Made by a program: the position numbers and the translations under genes. From Sphaeroforma arctica JP610 (Eukaryota): 64,000 nt of DNA. Location: NCBI RefSeq assembly GCF_001186125.1, contig NW_014040431.1, positions 33,656 to 97,655 on the forward strand, written 5' to 3'. The notes beneath the pieces were generated by a model. That model ran no database searches. It was not told where the DNA came from and worked only from the letters and a program-made list of their open reading frames with translations. How positions within the stretch are numbered: position 1 is the first letter of the stretch; each line of letters starts with the position of its first letter. Shown piece after piece: positions 35,301 through 48,665 of the stretch.

Positions 35301-38300
35301 GTAGGGCATAATAAAAATAAATAAAAGAATGCAATAAACGCAGCCCCAACCATGACAGACACCAATTTTAAACTCATGTACACCACATAATTATATATAC
35401 ATGCGCACACATAGTTTTGTAGGTTAAAAATAACGTATTGCACGAAAATATAACATGTCCCATTTGCAATACTTGCTGTGACTCAAACGAGGCGGCGTAC
35501 ACTTGTACGTTGATTGATAGGTCAATGTTGTCAAGGAAACACATGGTACTACGTATTTGCTATGCTACATGGACTATAGAATACACAAGCCAATATGAAT
35601 GAACGCATATACGTATTCAGTTTCACATCAAGGCATCAGCATATATACAATACATACGAAGCCGAGACTTGGCATCGCATTAATACATGGTGCGCAAGAG
35701 TGCAAAGACAACTGAGTCGCACATTGAATCCAACCCAACCGCATGTTTGGGTATGCATACCCAATTGCTCAGATACTTCGTTTGTACCGACATACACACA
35801 TTTGATTTGGTGTGTGCGCGTATACGAATCAGTAAAGGCGTGTCCCACACTTAACAACAGATATACAACGAAGTGACCTTCCTCCCTTTCTTATCATCTG
35901 CGCGATATAGCGCGAGAGTGATAGAGAGAAGACGGTGCCTTGTCTTGTTTACAAACAGAAACAGTACGAATGAGACATCCGTGGAATATATATCTACACA
36001 TACCCGACGAAACATAGGTACGTACACTGTCGCCCATGCCTAACATATATATATGTCGGCACAAAAACCTTCTATGTCCTCCTTATCCGTAAACCGGCAC
36101 TCTATGCCTTACATATCCAATTTCACACCTTTTTCTTTTTCTTTTTCTTCTTTTTGGTCAACTCCAAATCCGCACCCTCTACTTCTTCCGTTTCCTCTGC
36201 CACGGGCTCAGCCTGTTTCTTTGGCGCGTCAAAGTCTCCGAAATCAGCAGGCGCCGTTTTCTTTTTGCGCTTCTTCTTGCCACCGAACGAGAGATCAATA
36301 TCACCTACGGCTGCGGTGGAGTTTGTTTTTATATGGGTATGGATGAGTGATAGGCGTATAGAAAAAGGTGTGCTTGGTAGATGATTGCACATGTATGAAT
36401 TTTCGTAGAGATATATAGCCACGGTTAACAGGCAACTGTACATAGGTTTAGGTGGTACGTACATGGTAATGATAACGGTTTTTATATGCAGGCATGTGTA
36501 AAAAAATTACAACATAAAATTTGCATACAATCATATATATATATACGCTTCAAGTAGCATGAGTGTGCGAAATAAACTGTATGTAAAACTATAGAAGCAC
36601 AATATATGAGTACTGGAGTGGATAGGACACAACGCCTGGAATCACGAGTGCATACGCGAGCTTATCTATCCTTATGTTGCCATGGCAAACAAATTCTATC
36701 GAACACAGAGGCTCTAGGGTACAAAACCCCTGAGTGCTATAATTCAGTGCTATAATTCGTCTACGCGATCAGTTGTTGCTGCCATGAAGATGGATAAATA
36801 GTTATAGCTAAAACGTACATGTAATCTTTCACGATTTGCAATGTCCTCGTAGCCAAACTTGAGATGCGAAATGTGATAGATTGAGATGACGTGCACAAGT
36901 TTGTCATATATATATACTTAAATATATACAAGCGGGTGCATAAGATGGAATCGTTGCTTGCGATGGAAGGATTTATGCGTACGATTATCAGCGATTTGTA
37001 TGCCAATACACAACAATTTAGTCGTGAGGGACGTAAATGCTCAACAAGTTCGTTTGCCGATACCATGATGAGCATATGCAGATAGTAATCGAGTTCAAGA
37101 CCGTAAAGAAACATCAACTCGTTACCCAAATATTCATTTAGTGTGATTTTTCAACGTGGATCATCAAGTCTGGATATCTAGACAACATGATAACTCGAGC
37201 GCACATATCCAATCTGCGACGCTCTTGTGGTTAACAGAATCACCTTGTGTTTATGGCAATGGGGTGCTTTCATTGTGTCACCACATGTTGTGATAGATAG
37301 AATACAGAAAGCAACCAACCCGTCAAAGTAGATGGGAAGTCTGACGACAAACACACATAAAAGTTGACAAGCGCGATCATACACGAGCAACAGAATCCGA
37401 GTTCCTATTTTCAATAAGCAACGAGGGAGTGAGAGGGTGTGTATATATGCACATACAGCGAATAGCTAGCTCTCTACAGTACTAATATACTATAACTTGG
37501 CAATACAGTATAAAAACCCAGGTCTATGTTGTGAAATTATGTATATACAGACCAATTTGATGTGCTCGTAGAACATAATAAATTAAATGTATCAGTATTA
37601 TAACTGAGTGAACAAACATCCAAAGAAACTATGTATGTGCGTACCTGGCTATACAAATATGACTCAAATGAACAGATATACAAGTATAAGTTCTCCTTAG
37701 GCATATATATATATATTTGTATATATATTTGTATACATACACAACCACACCCACCACTACAAATGAACACAAGTATTCCTATCCTTACCATATACATGCG
37801 ATATAGGTAAAAGCTTACAGATACAGATAAATATATATATACACACGCACACCTATATATATTTGGGTACATATACATATTAAATTCAGATACAAGGATA
37901 CATGCGCATATGCAGGATGATAATATTCTACCAACACACACACACATATATACATACATACATAATATACATATATACAAACTATATAATTTTATAATCC
38001 ATGCGCACGTATACACACATAGTTGCAGTTGCAATTGCATCTAAAAAGACGTTTACTAATTGCATTTCTAATTATATATATATATATATATATATAGATA
38101 GACAAACATACATACGTACATATATCTACACACACAAACACTTACACACACACTCATATATCATAAATATACCTCGATGCAGATATGAGAACCTATTCAA
38201 GCCCACAAACACCTACCAGCTGCGACCTCTTCCACGGCATTTGTGACTGCCTCTGCGGCACCTTCCAAAACACCTTCGGCTGTGGTATTGCCAGCAGTAT

Positions 38301-38388
38301 CAGCATCGAAGTTAGGAAGTGTCTTTTTCTTTTTCTTCTTCTTGGTGGTGGACAGATCGAAGAAATCTGCGGGTGTATCGTCTGCCAT
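32313..38388 (-). CDS. EIF2S2: Eukaryotic translation initiation factor 2 subunit beta; exons 38388-38217, 36310-36129, 35178-35089, 34867-34689, 33650-33508, 32933-32851, 32402-32313
   Basis: Three poly-Lys boxes, [51 protein letters not shown] and zinc finger CHTC...CESCG. All introns are GT-AG with consistent phases. Confidence 0.95.
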
Positions 38389-39280
38389 GATTGCGATTGG
38401 TTATATATATGGGTATGGAGGTGGATTGTATACTAACGAGGATGTGAATATGTATGTGTGGAAAAACTAGATACGTATATGTATTCGTAGATAATACTTG
38501 TGGCGTATATGTAACGACAAGACTATCCTTCGGCCCGTATGTCGTTTGTGCGCGTAGCGCTATTCCGTCATACACAGAGAATTCTCAAGTTTCAAACTCA
38601 GAGGTATTTTAAGATTGCCCACACGTGAATACGGGGCCCCAAATGTTTTTAACTCCTGTCTGGAATATGATAAACTCGAGTGATATCAGTGTATTTAGAA
38701 TATCTTAATTGTTTACGACATTGCTTTTTTCTAAAAAATATTGAATCGGGATTTGGGAAGGACATCACAAATATTGGCAGAACCATAGGCCGAATTATCA
38801 AAGACAGACCCTAATACCTACTGTACGGAGACCCCAATTCTCTTGCCATTTATATAAATCTAAATATAGAACATAATCCATAAGCTTTTGGAAATATGTA
38901 TGTATGGTTCTATTCAATTGTACTATATCAGTGAGGTTGCGAACACTTCATATAATTAGTACGATCTGCGGCACATTTCATTAACACCTACACAGGTAAC
39001 CTTCTTGTACTACATACTCAGCAAATATGATTGGAGCTATCTACCGAACGTGTATGCGAAGCAATGCTTCATTCATGGCCACCTTCTTAGTGGTAAGTAT
39101 ACATTTCACCAGCATTACAAAATGTACCAGAAAGGCGGTGCAATATACAAGAGGGAAGGGGTAGGGGAGGGCATAGGGAGTGGACTCTACAATGTATCCG
39201 TATCATTCTCCGTTAGCATATTGAGTGAATATATATATATATATATATGTTATAGTATATATATATATATACATCCACAT

Positions 39281-40208
39281 NNNNNNNNNNNNNNNNNNNN
39301 NNNNNNNNNNNNNNNNNNNNNNNNNNNNNNNNNNNNNNNNNNNNNNNNNNNNNNNNNNNNNNNNNNNNNNNNNNNNNNNNNNNNNNNNNNNNNNNNNNNN
39401 NNNNNNNNNNNNNNNNNNNNNNNNNNNNNNNNNNNNNNNNNNNNNNNNNNNNNNNNNNNNNNNNNNNNNNNNNNNNNNNNNNNNNNNNNNNNNNNNNNNN
39501 NNNNNNNNNNNNNNNNNNNNNNNNNNNNNNNNNNNNNNNNNNNNNNNNNNNNNNNNNNNNNNNNNNNNNNNNNNNNNNNNNNNNNNNNNNNNNNNNNNNN
39601 NNNNNNNNNNNNNNNNNNNNNNNNNNNNNNNNNNNNNNNNNNNNNNNNNNNNNNNNNNNNNNNNNNNNNNNNNNNNNNNNNNNNNNNNNNNNNNNNNNNN
39701 NNNNNNNNNNNNNNNNNNNNNNNNNNNNNNNNNNNNNNNNNNNNNNNNNNNNNNNNNNNNNNNNNNNNNNNNNNNNNNNNNNNNNNNNNNNNNNNNNNNN
39801 NNNNNNNNNNNNNNNNNNNNNNNNNNNNNNNNNNNNNNNNNNNNNNNNNNNNNNNNNNNNNNNNNNNNNNNNNNNNNNNNNNNNNNNNNNNNNNNNNNNN
39901 NNNNNNNNNNNNNNNNNNNNNNNNNNNNNNNNNNNNNNNNNNNNNNNNNNNNNNNNNNNNNNNNNNNNNNNNNNNNNNNNNNNNNNNNNNNNNNNNNNNN
40001 NNNNNNNNNNNNNNNNNNNNNNNNNNNNNNNNNNNNNNNNNNNNNNNNNNNNNNNNNNNNNNNNNNNNNNNNNNNNNNNNNNNNNNNNNNNNNNNNNNNN
40101 NNNNNNNNNNNNNNNNNNNNNNNNNNNNNNNNNNNNNNNNNNNNNNNNNNNNNNNNNNNNNNNNNNNNNNNNNNNNNNNNNNNNNNNNNNNNNNNNNNNN
40201 NNNNNNNN
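39281..40208. other. Assembly gap (N run); other gaps at 45820-45858, 50496-51281, ~53810-53829 and 61127-61146
   Basis: N characters, mostly flanked by (TA)n or (CA)n microsatellites. Confidence 1.
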
Positions 40209-40475
40209 TGTGTATCGTCCTTATTAGTAAATTGCTTGGAAACAATTTGGTTGTTGCTAACTTCGGTTTTTTTGTACCAGTTTTTGTTTATATTTGCCTT
40301 CTGAAGGGGTGCATAAATCTGGCTTCTGAATTGGTGCATATATACGCCCTCTAAATTGGTACAAATATACGCGCTCTGTGGTGCTTTCTCACACTAACGT
40401 TCTCCAGATCTGCACGGGGTTGTAGTTATATTCACTTGACTAATTTATTCTTTTCGTGTTTTTCTTGTCATGTAG

Positions 40476-40544
40476 GCTGGTGTTTTCGCCGAGCAAGTCT
40501 TCGAGATGAGTGCAGATAACTTCTACGACAATTACAACAAAGGG
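40476..40544 (+). CDS. Isolated putative exon, possibly the start of a thioredoxin/PDI-like secreted protein (AGVFAEQVFEMSADNFYDNYNKG)
   Basis: Polypyrimidine tract plus TAG acceptor, GTAAGT donor, 69-nt open phase-0 exon. Resembles the V..LT.DNF start of thioredoxin domains. No other exons found. Confidence 0.3.
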
Positions 40545-43500
40545 GTAAGTATCTGATATAGCCGAATAGTACTGTGTTTTTCAATTCAAGATGTATCCAC
40601 TATTGTTTTTCCAGCGAGTGTGCACATAGTTTTCGTTCGTGTGAAGGTAGGTACAGATTGTATCTTATATGTATGCATCAAATAAACGTAAACGCAATTA
40701 TGGTAGTATTTGAGATGCGGTTATCGGGGTTTCCGTGAAAGCTGCACCATTTATACAGAGCGCCGACTGATATTGATTTTTTAATCATCTCAATTTAATT
40801 ATAGAAACTGTGGAAGCACATTGGCCCCGCCATTGAGGCGAATGAAGCCAATTAGATGGGTCCTCGCGAATGGGGTTTATGTACAGCTTGGCATGATCGC
40901 TGGCGTAGGCGCTGGTGTGGTATAGATAGCTTTGTAGTACATACAACCGCAACGGATTGGCTGTGTATGCTGCGCTGAAGTTCGACTGAAAACTACGAAG
41001 CCGATTGGCTGACATGGAGATAAGACATTACACCAGTGGACCTCCAAGCGAATAAACAAGAGTTGTGTTTGCTAGCACTATAGTCGTGTTTCTCCGATTT
41101 TGCCCACGGCATAGGGTGTGTGCACTCACTTAGGCTCATATGGATTCTTCATAGTTAATTCGCCGTTGTGTATGCCGTCCACGTGCGTTTTTTGCAGCTC
41201 CAATGTTTCGCTCCATTCACTTGCGAACAGTTCTAGCTCCTTATCTATTCGCGTTGTCGTTACCGTGTTACCTAATTAACATGTCTGGTGGATGATATTC
41301 TTGGTTGCAATGTTGATATATAGAGTATTTCGGCTAGCATATATATGCGGACACTGAAGCTGTGATGTTCCTAGTCTTCCCTTCTGTCTCCGTTTCCATC
41401 TGCCGCCATGTGTTGTCTTCCGAGTATACGCACTACAATTTTTATTGCTCTACTGCACACTGCGCCTCTACCTTTTTTTAGATCATTGTAGGATCGTCTC
41501 TGGCCCTGAATATCGCTCGAGCTTCATGGTGAAAAATATGGTGCTGCATATATGTGGCAGGCACTGCAAAAAGGCACCCAGATATCTGAAAGCTCTTCAT
41601 TTGGATTGTAATTTTGGACTTTGAGGGTTTATCGCAGCCGTGAGTGACGGGGTCGTGGAATAAGCAGAGACTCGGGGTACTTGTAGGCACCTTATATTAA
41701 ACTCTAGTTGTTGGGTCGTTAACGGGGTATCGAGCTCTACACTATGTCATGTAATGGTATAAAAATGTCGGTCGAGCCTGGAACAGAGATCAGTACAGTG
41801 TATAGCCGGTTAAGCACGATGTTTATGGATAGCGACAGATCTATACAAGCTGAACACTTCGCTTCTACAGTATATCAGTATACTTCAGATTGGGCCAGAA
41901 GAGCTTAATCCTTTAGCAGGGCAGGCCTAAGCGATCGTGCAATGTAAAGTCCAGAGATGCAGAAATATGTCGGAATGTCCTTGTACATAGCTTATTGTTT
42001 GGACGAGTAATTGTGTACAGTTTTGAATATTTTCAACTTTAGTTTTTCTAAAAAAAACATCACCCTGATCGCGTTTGCCGTGATTATTTATTGAGACCCT
42101 GCCGGTCTGCCCCTTGCCACTCGGCCCCGCTCCCCCAGAGTTTGCCAGACTGCCACCCTCTTGTGTCCGACTCTTGCCCGTTGCCATTGTCCACTTGTTG
42201 TGTGTAAATAAATACATAGTCACGACTCACGGGTCGTGTAGAGTATTTAGCTGTAGCCAGTGCCCCGTGGCCGTAGGGCGTAGCCGTGTAGGCCAGTTGC
42301 CGTATGTTAATTTTATTGATCTCATAAATAATAATAACCTTCTGAAATCAAACAATTTTATATATATACTTTCCCATGTACCCGCATGTTTTTAAAATAT
42401 TGTTGTTTTGTACTTTATATTTACGGTGTGGCAAGTTAATTAGCTACAGCAACACAAACACACTGTCAGTCTGTCACACTCACACGTCACGATGCATACA
42501 CAACACAACAAAACTTGACAAGACTTTTTACTTTTTACTTTTTACTTTTTACTATTTAGCACAAGAAGAGGGAACATCAGATGATCAGGGGTGCTGGTGA
42601 ACATGGCTCAAAATCGAGTTCACTGTACTTACCGCGCGAGTCAACAACAATAAATACAATACATGTATTTTTATTGCGTACTCTCGATTTAAACTAATCG
42701 AGCTATTTAAAGAAACATATAACTCATTTTTAAATAGATAAATCATTTTGTTTCCTTCGGACAATAGTCCGTTCACTGCGATCAGGGCGGTCAGGGCTGT
42801 CAGGCTAGTATGTATTTAAAATATAGCGAGGCTGTGAGGCTACGAATGCGAGGCCCTACTCCAGAGGGCCCAGGACCAGGGGGGCCCGGGGCGGAATTAA
42901 TTATTCTTTATGTTTTGTTTTTAAAAAAACAACAAACAAACAACAAAAATGAATGTATAAAAAAATTGGCACCCACAGTCAAAATAAATATGTATTTTAA
43001 AAAATATTTACATAAAATATCGAGTTATATTTTTGCAGAAAATAAACCCCCATATGGAAAAAAACCCCATAAAAACAGTCCTGATTGTCGCACAGACGAG
43101 CACTATCAAAAACTCAAAATTTAGGGTTCTGGTTTTTCTTAAAGAAACAACATAGCCTCCTAAATTGAACACAAAAACTCGTGTGCTTTACTTTTTTTCT
43201 CAGAATGTAATCGCTTTTCAGTCAGAAGTCACTCAGAACTTTAGCAACAGAATCAGAACTCTACTCTCTAGTAGTAGTATTTAGTATTTAGAGATTGAAT
43301 ATGACCAATGAATCACTCATATACAGTACGATATAACTCGAAAACAAATCCAATAAATTTAGGCTCCGAATGTTTAAAAAAAGTTAAATATGACAGTGTT
43401 TTTAACAGTTAACGAGTATAAATAAACAGCTGCGAGTACTATTTAGAAAAAAGGGCCGCACTCTCTACATGGTAACTAAATAGTAAATAATTTTATATAG

Positions 43501-43767
43501 TTGTCACGACGGCCAACTCAGTTAAGTGTCAAGAACTCATGAATCCGTGATTCATCCAAACGATCCGAACCGCGAACGTATGAAGTTAAAAAAATGTTGT
43601 ACTTATATACATAAACAAAGCATGTTTTTTAAAACTAAGTCAAAAACATGCCGATCTCGATATCCAGGCTTCAGAACTAATCCTAGCAGTCATCGTACGA
43701 CCGCGTTCTATATCGCGGATAATCGGGTGCTCCTAATAGTCAGTAGATATTTGCTTCATTTGAAAAT

Positions 43768-44421
43768 ATGATTATACATGCCACATTCATGCAAGTTGTA
43801 CTGGTCGCAGTGTTGTTTATAGCACGCACACACGCAGCGCTGTGCTCAGAAGTGCAGAATAACGACAGCTACACATGCGATATTACACACGAATTCAATC
43901 CTGCGGCCAGCGGAAATGAAGTAGACAGTCCCGCGTCGTACAATAGCGTATGTTGTAAATTAGACGGGTGCAAGAAGTCTACAGATGGAGTGATACTAAC
44001 TGTATATCGTAGCTGCCCATCCGGGAACTCTACAACCATTGGTGGTTTACAATGTCCCCAGCTGTCATGCGATGCTGGACTCACTTGTCCGTGTGGGCGA
44101 GTAAAAGACGACAGTGATTGTGATACTTGTGAATGCTTATCAGATCCGAACTCGTGCGGGCCTGAGCCAGTATGTACAGAGCTTTGTTGGCTTGGATCCG
44201 TACCGGACGAGAGGGGATGTCCCACGTGCAATTGTAGGACAGAATTTTGCCCGTTTATTTGTGCAATTGCTTGTGAGTATGGTAACGTGAAGGATGCGAA
44301 CGGGTGCGATATGTGCGCCTGTATAGAAGACAATCCCTGCGATGAACCTAATGTATGTCCGACTGGTGTGGCATGCGAGGTGGATATAAGCAACGGGCGA
44401 GCGAAGTGTCTGTGCGGTTGA
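43768..44421 (+). CDS. Secreted Cys-rich protein with antistasin-like repeats
   Basis: Signal peptide (MQVVLVAVLFIARTHA) followed by three C..C..G...D..GC..C.C-type units: CPCGRVKDDSDCDTCEC, CWLGSVPDERGCPTCNC, CEYGNVKDANGCDMCAC. Confidence 0.8.
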   Translation: MIIHATFMQVVLVAVLFIARTHAALCSEVQNNDSYTCDITHEFNPAASGNEVDSPASYNSVCCKLDGCKKSTDGVILTVYRSCPSGNSTTIGGLQCPQLSCDAGLTCPCGRVKDDSDCDTCECLSDPNSCGPEPVCTELCWLGSVPDERGCPTCNCRTEFCPFICAIACEYGNVKDANGCDMCACIEDNPCDEPNVCPTGVACEVDISNGRAKCLCG

Positions 44422-45679
44422 TATATATCTATCGGTCCCATGGTAATGAGGTGGAACGTATTTGCCGGACTTACAATTTCAGACCTTACGAACAACCCAT
44501 ACTATCAGCTTATTACTATTGATACATACAAGTACGCATACTGAGCGCGGAACAAATTACATGGGGTCAATTATGTAGTACAGACTGTAAGAAATACTGG
44601 TATGATCTCTTCGCTTACGTGTAAGAAAGCACATGCGATGGGTATAGAGGGCGAGCAAAGGTCTTTCCGGCTGCTATCCTTGAGTTCTTCAAGTTATACG
44701 GGGCTGTTACTCGAGGCAGTGATATTAAACGTATTGACAGTGCCCGGAGAACCAATCGATATACGCTATTCGTCAAAATAGCACCAATCACGCTTAGATG
44801 CACACACCAAGGAACACACAGCGTGCCAATGAAATATCAATTGAGTAAATCAGTCCGTGAGACAAAAACGTGTGAGAAATGAGTATGTATATGCAAGTCA
44901 GCCACCGAGGAGGTGAGGTTCGAGGCGAGCAATTTACTCTTTGATTGGTATGTCAATTTGCATTTTGTTTACACCCTTGCGTTGATTTTTACCGCGACTC
45001 TGAATTTAATTAAAGTGGTATTGATCGCAATGCTCCTATCTATGCTGTATACTCGCATCTTGTCAATTGAGCATATGTATATACAAAAATGCGCATTATA
45101 TTGGAGTATTATAGTCCAGTCCAGTGATATCATGAAGCTGTACACTTCACGAATGTGACTCGTACTTGACTGCATCAATTGGCACTTTCCGTTGAAGTGT
45201 ACTCGAGGTGAGCGAATCCAACGATACCTAAGTTGTATCGAATTTATTTAATTAGTGAATTCAAATGTGGATGCTTTACATTAGTGTATGCCGAGGCAAT
45301 AACAGTATTTATTTTCGTGACATCAATTACTTTATAGATTATGTTTTCAGTTATACGGCGTGGAACTAACTGATGATTTACCTTCGAGACCCATGCAGGC
45401 GTCTGCGGCGGGTAGAATATCCATTTTGGGCTTTGAGTTGAGAGATAAAGTACAGTGTTGATCTGTTAATATGAAGCCCTGCGCAAAGTTGACTAATTGT
45501 TGCATACTCCAGGTGCACCTCGTATCGATATATTTTCTACAGTATCGCTTTAGGAGTTTGAGTGCTGTTTCAAAGAACAATGTACGCTTTTTACAAGAAT
45601 TAGCTCGTTGCTAAATGAATATATAGGTGGCTGCTTCTATCTGAACACCTAACGCCCTGAAGCATTAGCGGAAGCTTGA

Positions 45680-45986
45680 ATCGTATATATATATATATAT
45701 ATGTATACACACACACACCTATATATATATATACACACACATATATATATATACATACATATATGTATACACATATATGGTATATACATACATATATATA
45801 TATATATATATAGTTAGTTNNNNNNNNNNNNNNNNNNNNNNNNNNNNNNNNNNNNNNNATTAGTACGGAAGGACGTTGTAATACGTATATATATATATAT
45901 ATATGTATACACACACACACCTACTATATATATATACACACACATATATATATATACATACATATATGTATACACATATATGGTAT

Positions 45987-46017
<31 letters not shown>

Positions 46018-46142
46018 GTTTGCATTAAATACTATGTATAAAAAACAGGTTATATATATATAATATGATATATATAATACAATTTTATATATAATATACA
46101 ATCTTATATAGATTATATATGTATATATATATATATACATAC

Positions 46143-46179
<37 letters not shown>

Positions 46180-46329
46180 GTAATACATATACATAGATAT
46201 AGATATAGATATATATTTACATACATACATATACATACAAACAAATACATACTATTACTATCAAATTTACAACGGCCGCCTCTATTGTTCATGTGTTATA
46301 TATATAAAGATATATATATATATATAAAG

Positions 46330-46360
<31 letters not shown>

Positions 46361-46496
46361 CATATATATATATATATATATAAAGATATATATATATATA
46401 TATATATACATATATATATCTTAATATATATATATATAAATATACATGTACGCACACACACACACAACATACACACACATACACACACACACACAC

Positions 46497-46531
<35 letters not shown>

Positions 46532-46532
46532 A

Positions 46533-46575
<43 letters not shown>

Positions 46576-46690
46576 TATATCTTAATATATATATATATAA
46601 ATATACATGTACGCACACACACACACAACATACACACACATACACACACACACACACACATATATATATACATATAAATATTTATATATA
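45680..46690. repeat. TA/CA microsatellite field with local duplications
   Basis: Low-complexity sequence. Near-identical blocks flank the gap at 45820-45858 and recur within 46300-46670. Confidence 0.85.
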
Positions 46691-48665
46691 GTCAAATCCA
46701 AAACAGCATTCTTTATTGATCATCAAGATTTGTGTCGAATATCCTATCTTTAAAGTTCTGCACCTATAAGCCCACAACTCTTAAATACGTTCAATTCTTT
46801 CTGCACTTTAACTTATTCCTCGTTGTCTTCGGAAATGGTATTGGACCAAACATGAATTTTCCAGCTTCTTCCCTCAATGCATGGGCATGGTACACTCTCA
46901 CACATGTCTATAAAATTAGAGCACTCCTCACTTTCGTCAGGTTGTGGAATTGTGCCCTCAGATTGGGGGACGTTTTCGGTGGGTGAGCAGCAGCACTTTT
47001 GTATGTACCGTAAATTTAATTTAGGAGTATACAAAACATAGTATTTCATAGCCTTATTTGATTTAGAAGGCTATGGATTTTAAAATAACATATTGCAATA
47101 TATTGTCGGGTCCTTGCCGAATAATCGATTTAGCATCGTTCAATTACACTGTACGAGAGGGTGCACATGAGGGAGGCAAAAATCCTGTGTTGCTCATTCG
47201 TTCAATACAAAGTCATACCTTCAAGAGTGCAGCCTCCTCGGCTGATTGTTCTTCAGCTACAGGTACGCCCATAACATACACGGCTGCGATGAGAAGTAGA
47301 TAAGAGAAATTTAGCTTCATGGTTTTATACACGTTCCTATGTTGAGGCTACAGTCAAGCTTTTTAACAATAAAAACGAATACTAAAGGTTGGCGTAGGTC
47401 ATATCCTCTATATTTAATCTCTTCAGAGTCAGAGAAATGTACAGGTGGTGCAGTGCAGGTTGCAGGCTATGCTAATGCAGCGGATCTGCAACAATTTACA
47501 AATATGCATAATAAAGAGGTCTGTAAACCGTAGTCTGCGGCATAGTGCAATGTGCCCAGTGCAAACTGAATTCCTGAGAAAACTTTCTAAAAATGTGTCA
47601 CCTTCGAACCCAACAACCCTAAAAGTTGTGAAACCTCACAAATTTTCAAGGCCTTAAATCTCAGCATCTCAGCCTTGGGAATAGCTTGTGTGTGTCTCGC
47701 ACGAAACAAGCAGAAAAGATTTATCAGAGGGAGAGAAGACCAGCAAAGGGCAGAGGCCAGAGCGTAGAGCGCAGAGGGCAGGAAAAGTGGGCAGTCCAAA
47801 CTCCAAACTTCAACCTCCCAGAATCCAGAGCCCAAACTCCAGACTCCAGACTCCGAGTCCAGAGTGAGCAGTAGGCACTGGGTATGGCCCGAATGGGTAG
47901 AGGACAGGATGTCCAATTTGTCTGATATTTAAAATGTCAACTTCATCACGGATTCCACAGAATTTATTTATTATTTGTGTATTTCTCAATACATATTTAC
48001 GTTTACAAAGACTCTAGTCAGAGACTCTATAGAGTCAGTCACTCATACATATAGACCAGCCTCTCCTTCTCCATTGAGCCCTTTGATCTAAAATGTCCGA
48101 CTCATAATTCTCTAGTCTCTACTAGCACTATAAATACGACCCTTTCTTTAGCATAGTGACATCTAAATCATGACTCATTCATGAGTCATGAGAAGCGCTA
48201 TCTCGTATCCCACCGTCTTTTAGCCGTCGTCAGGTGTCGCCGTCATGTCAGCTCCAAAACAGAATACGTTTGCAAATACAAAATATACGTTATCCGACAG
48301 CATCGGCATCTGAAAGGTACAGTGTAAATACAGTGTCGAACTGGAAACGGTTTGACAACAAAAAACCGTTTGAACGTTCACATTCCTGTGGGTGCGATAC
48401 CACGTTGTGTCAGCTGTCAAGAATGTGGGACATCTGGCAGAGTGTCAATAACTTCTGACTTCTCTTGTGAGCACAGGTATTTGTAAGTAGTTCAATTTAG
48501 TAGTTTTCAGTAGTTGTGTATTGAAATATATAAGCGCTGTGTGCTTACGTGTATACAATTACACCGCAACAGCTCACGGAAAGTATATTTCAGACGCTGT
48601 CGCTGATCACACACAAGTGTCGCACAAACAGTTTTCACATAGTGATTCATAGTGAACCTTCTACG

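Noticed and set aside
39005..40354. Long ORFs spanning N runs (also 50444-51494) and YI/CV/HT-repeat ORFs
   Set aside because: Artefacts of gaps and microsatellites.
45682..46020. Duplicated block on both sides of the 45820-45858 gap
   Set aside because: Most likely unmerged overlapping contig ends.
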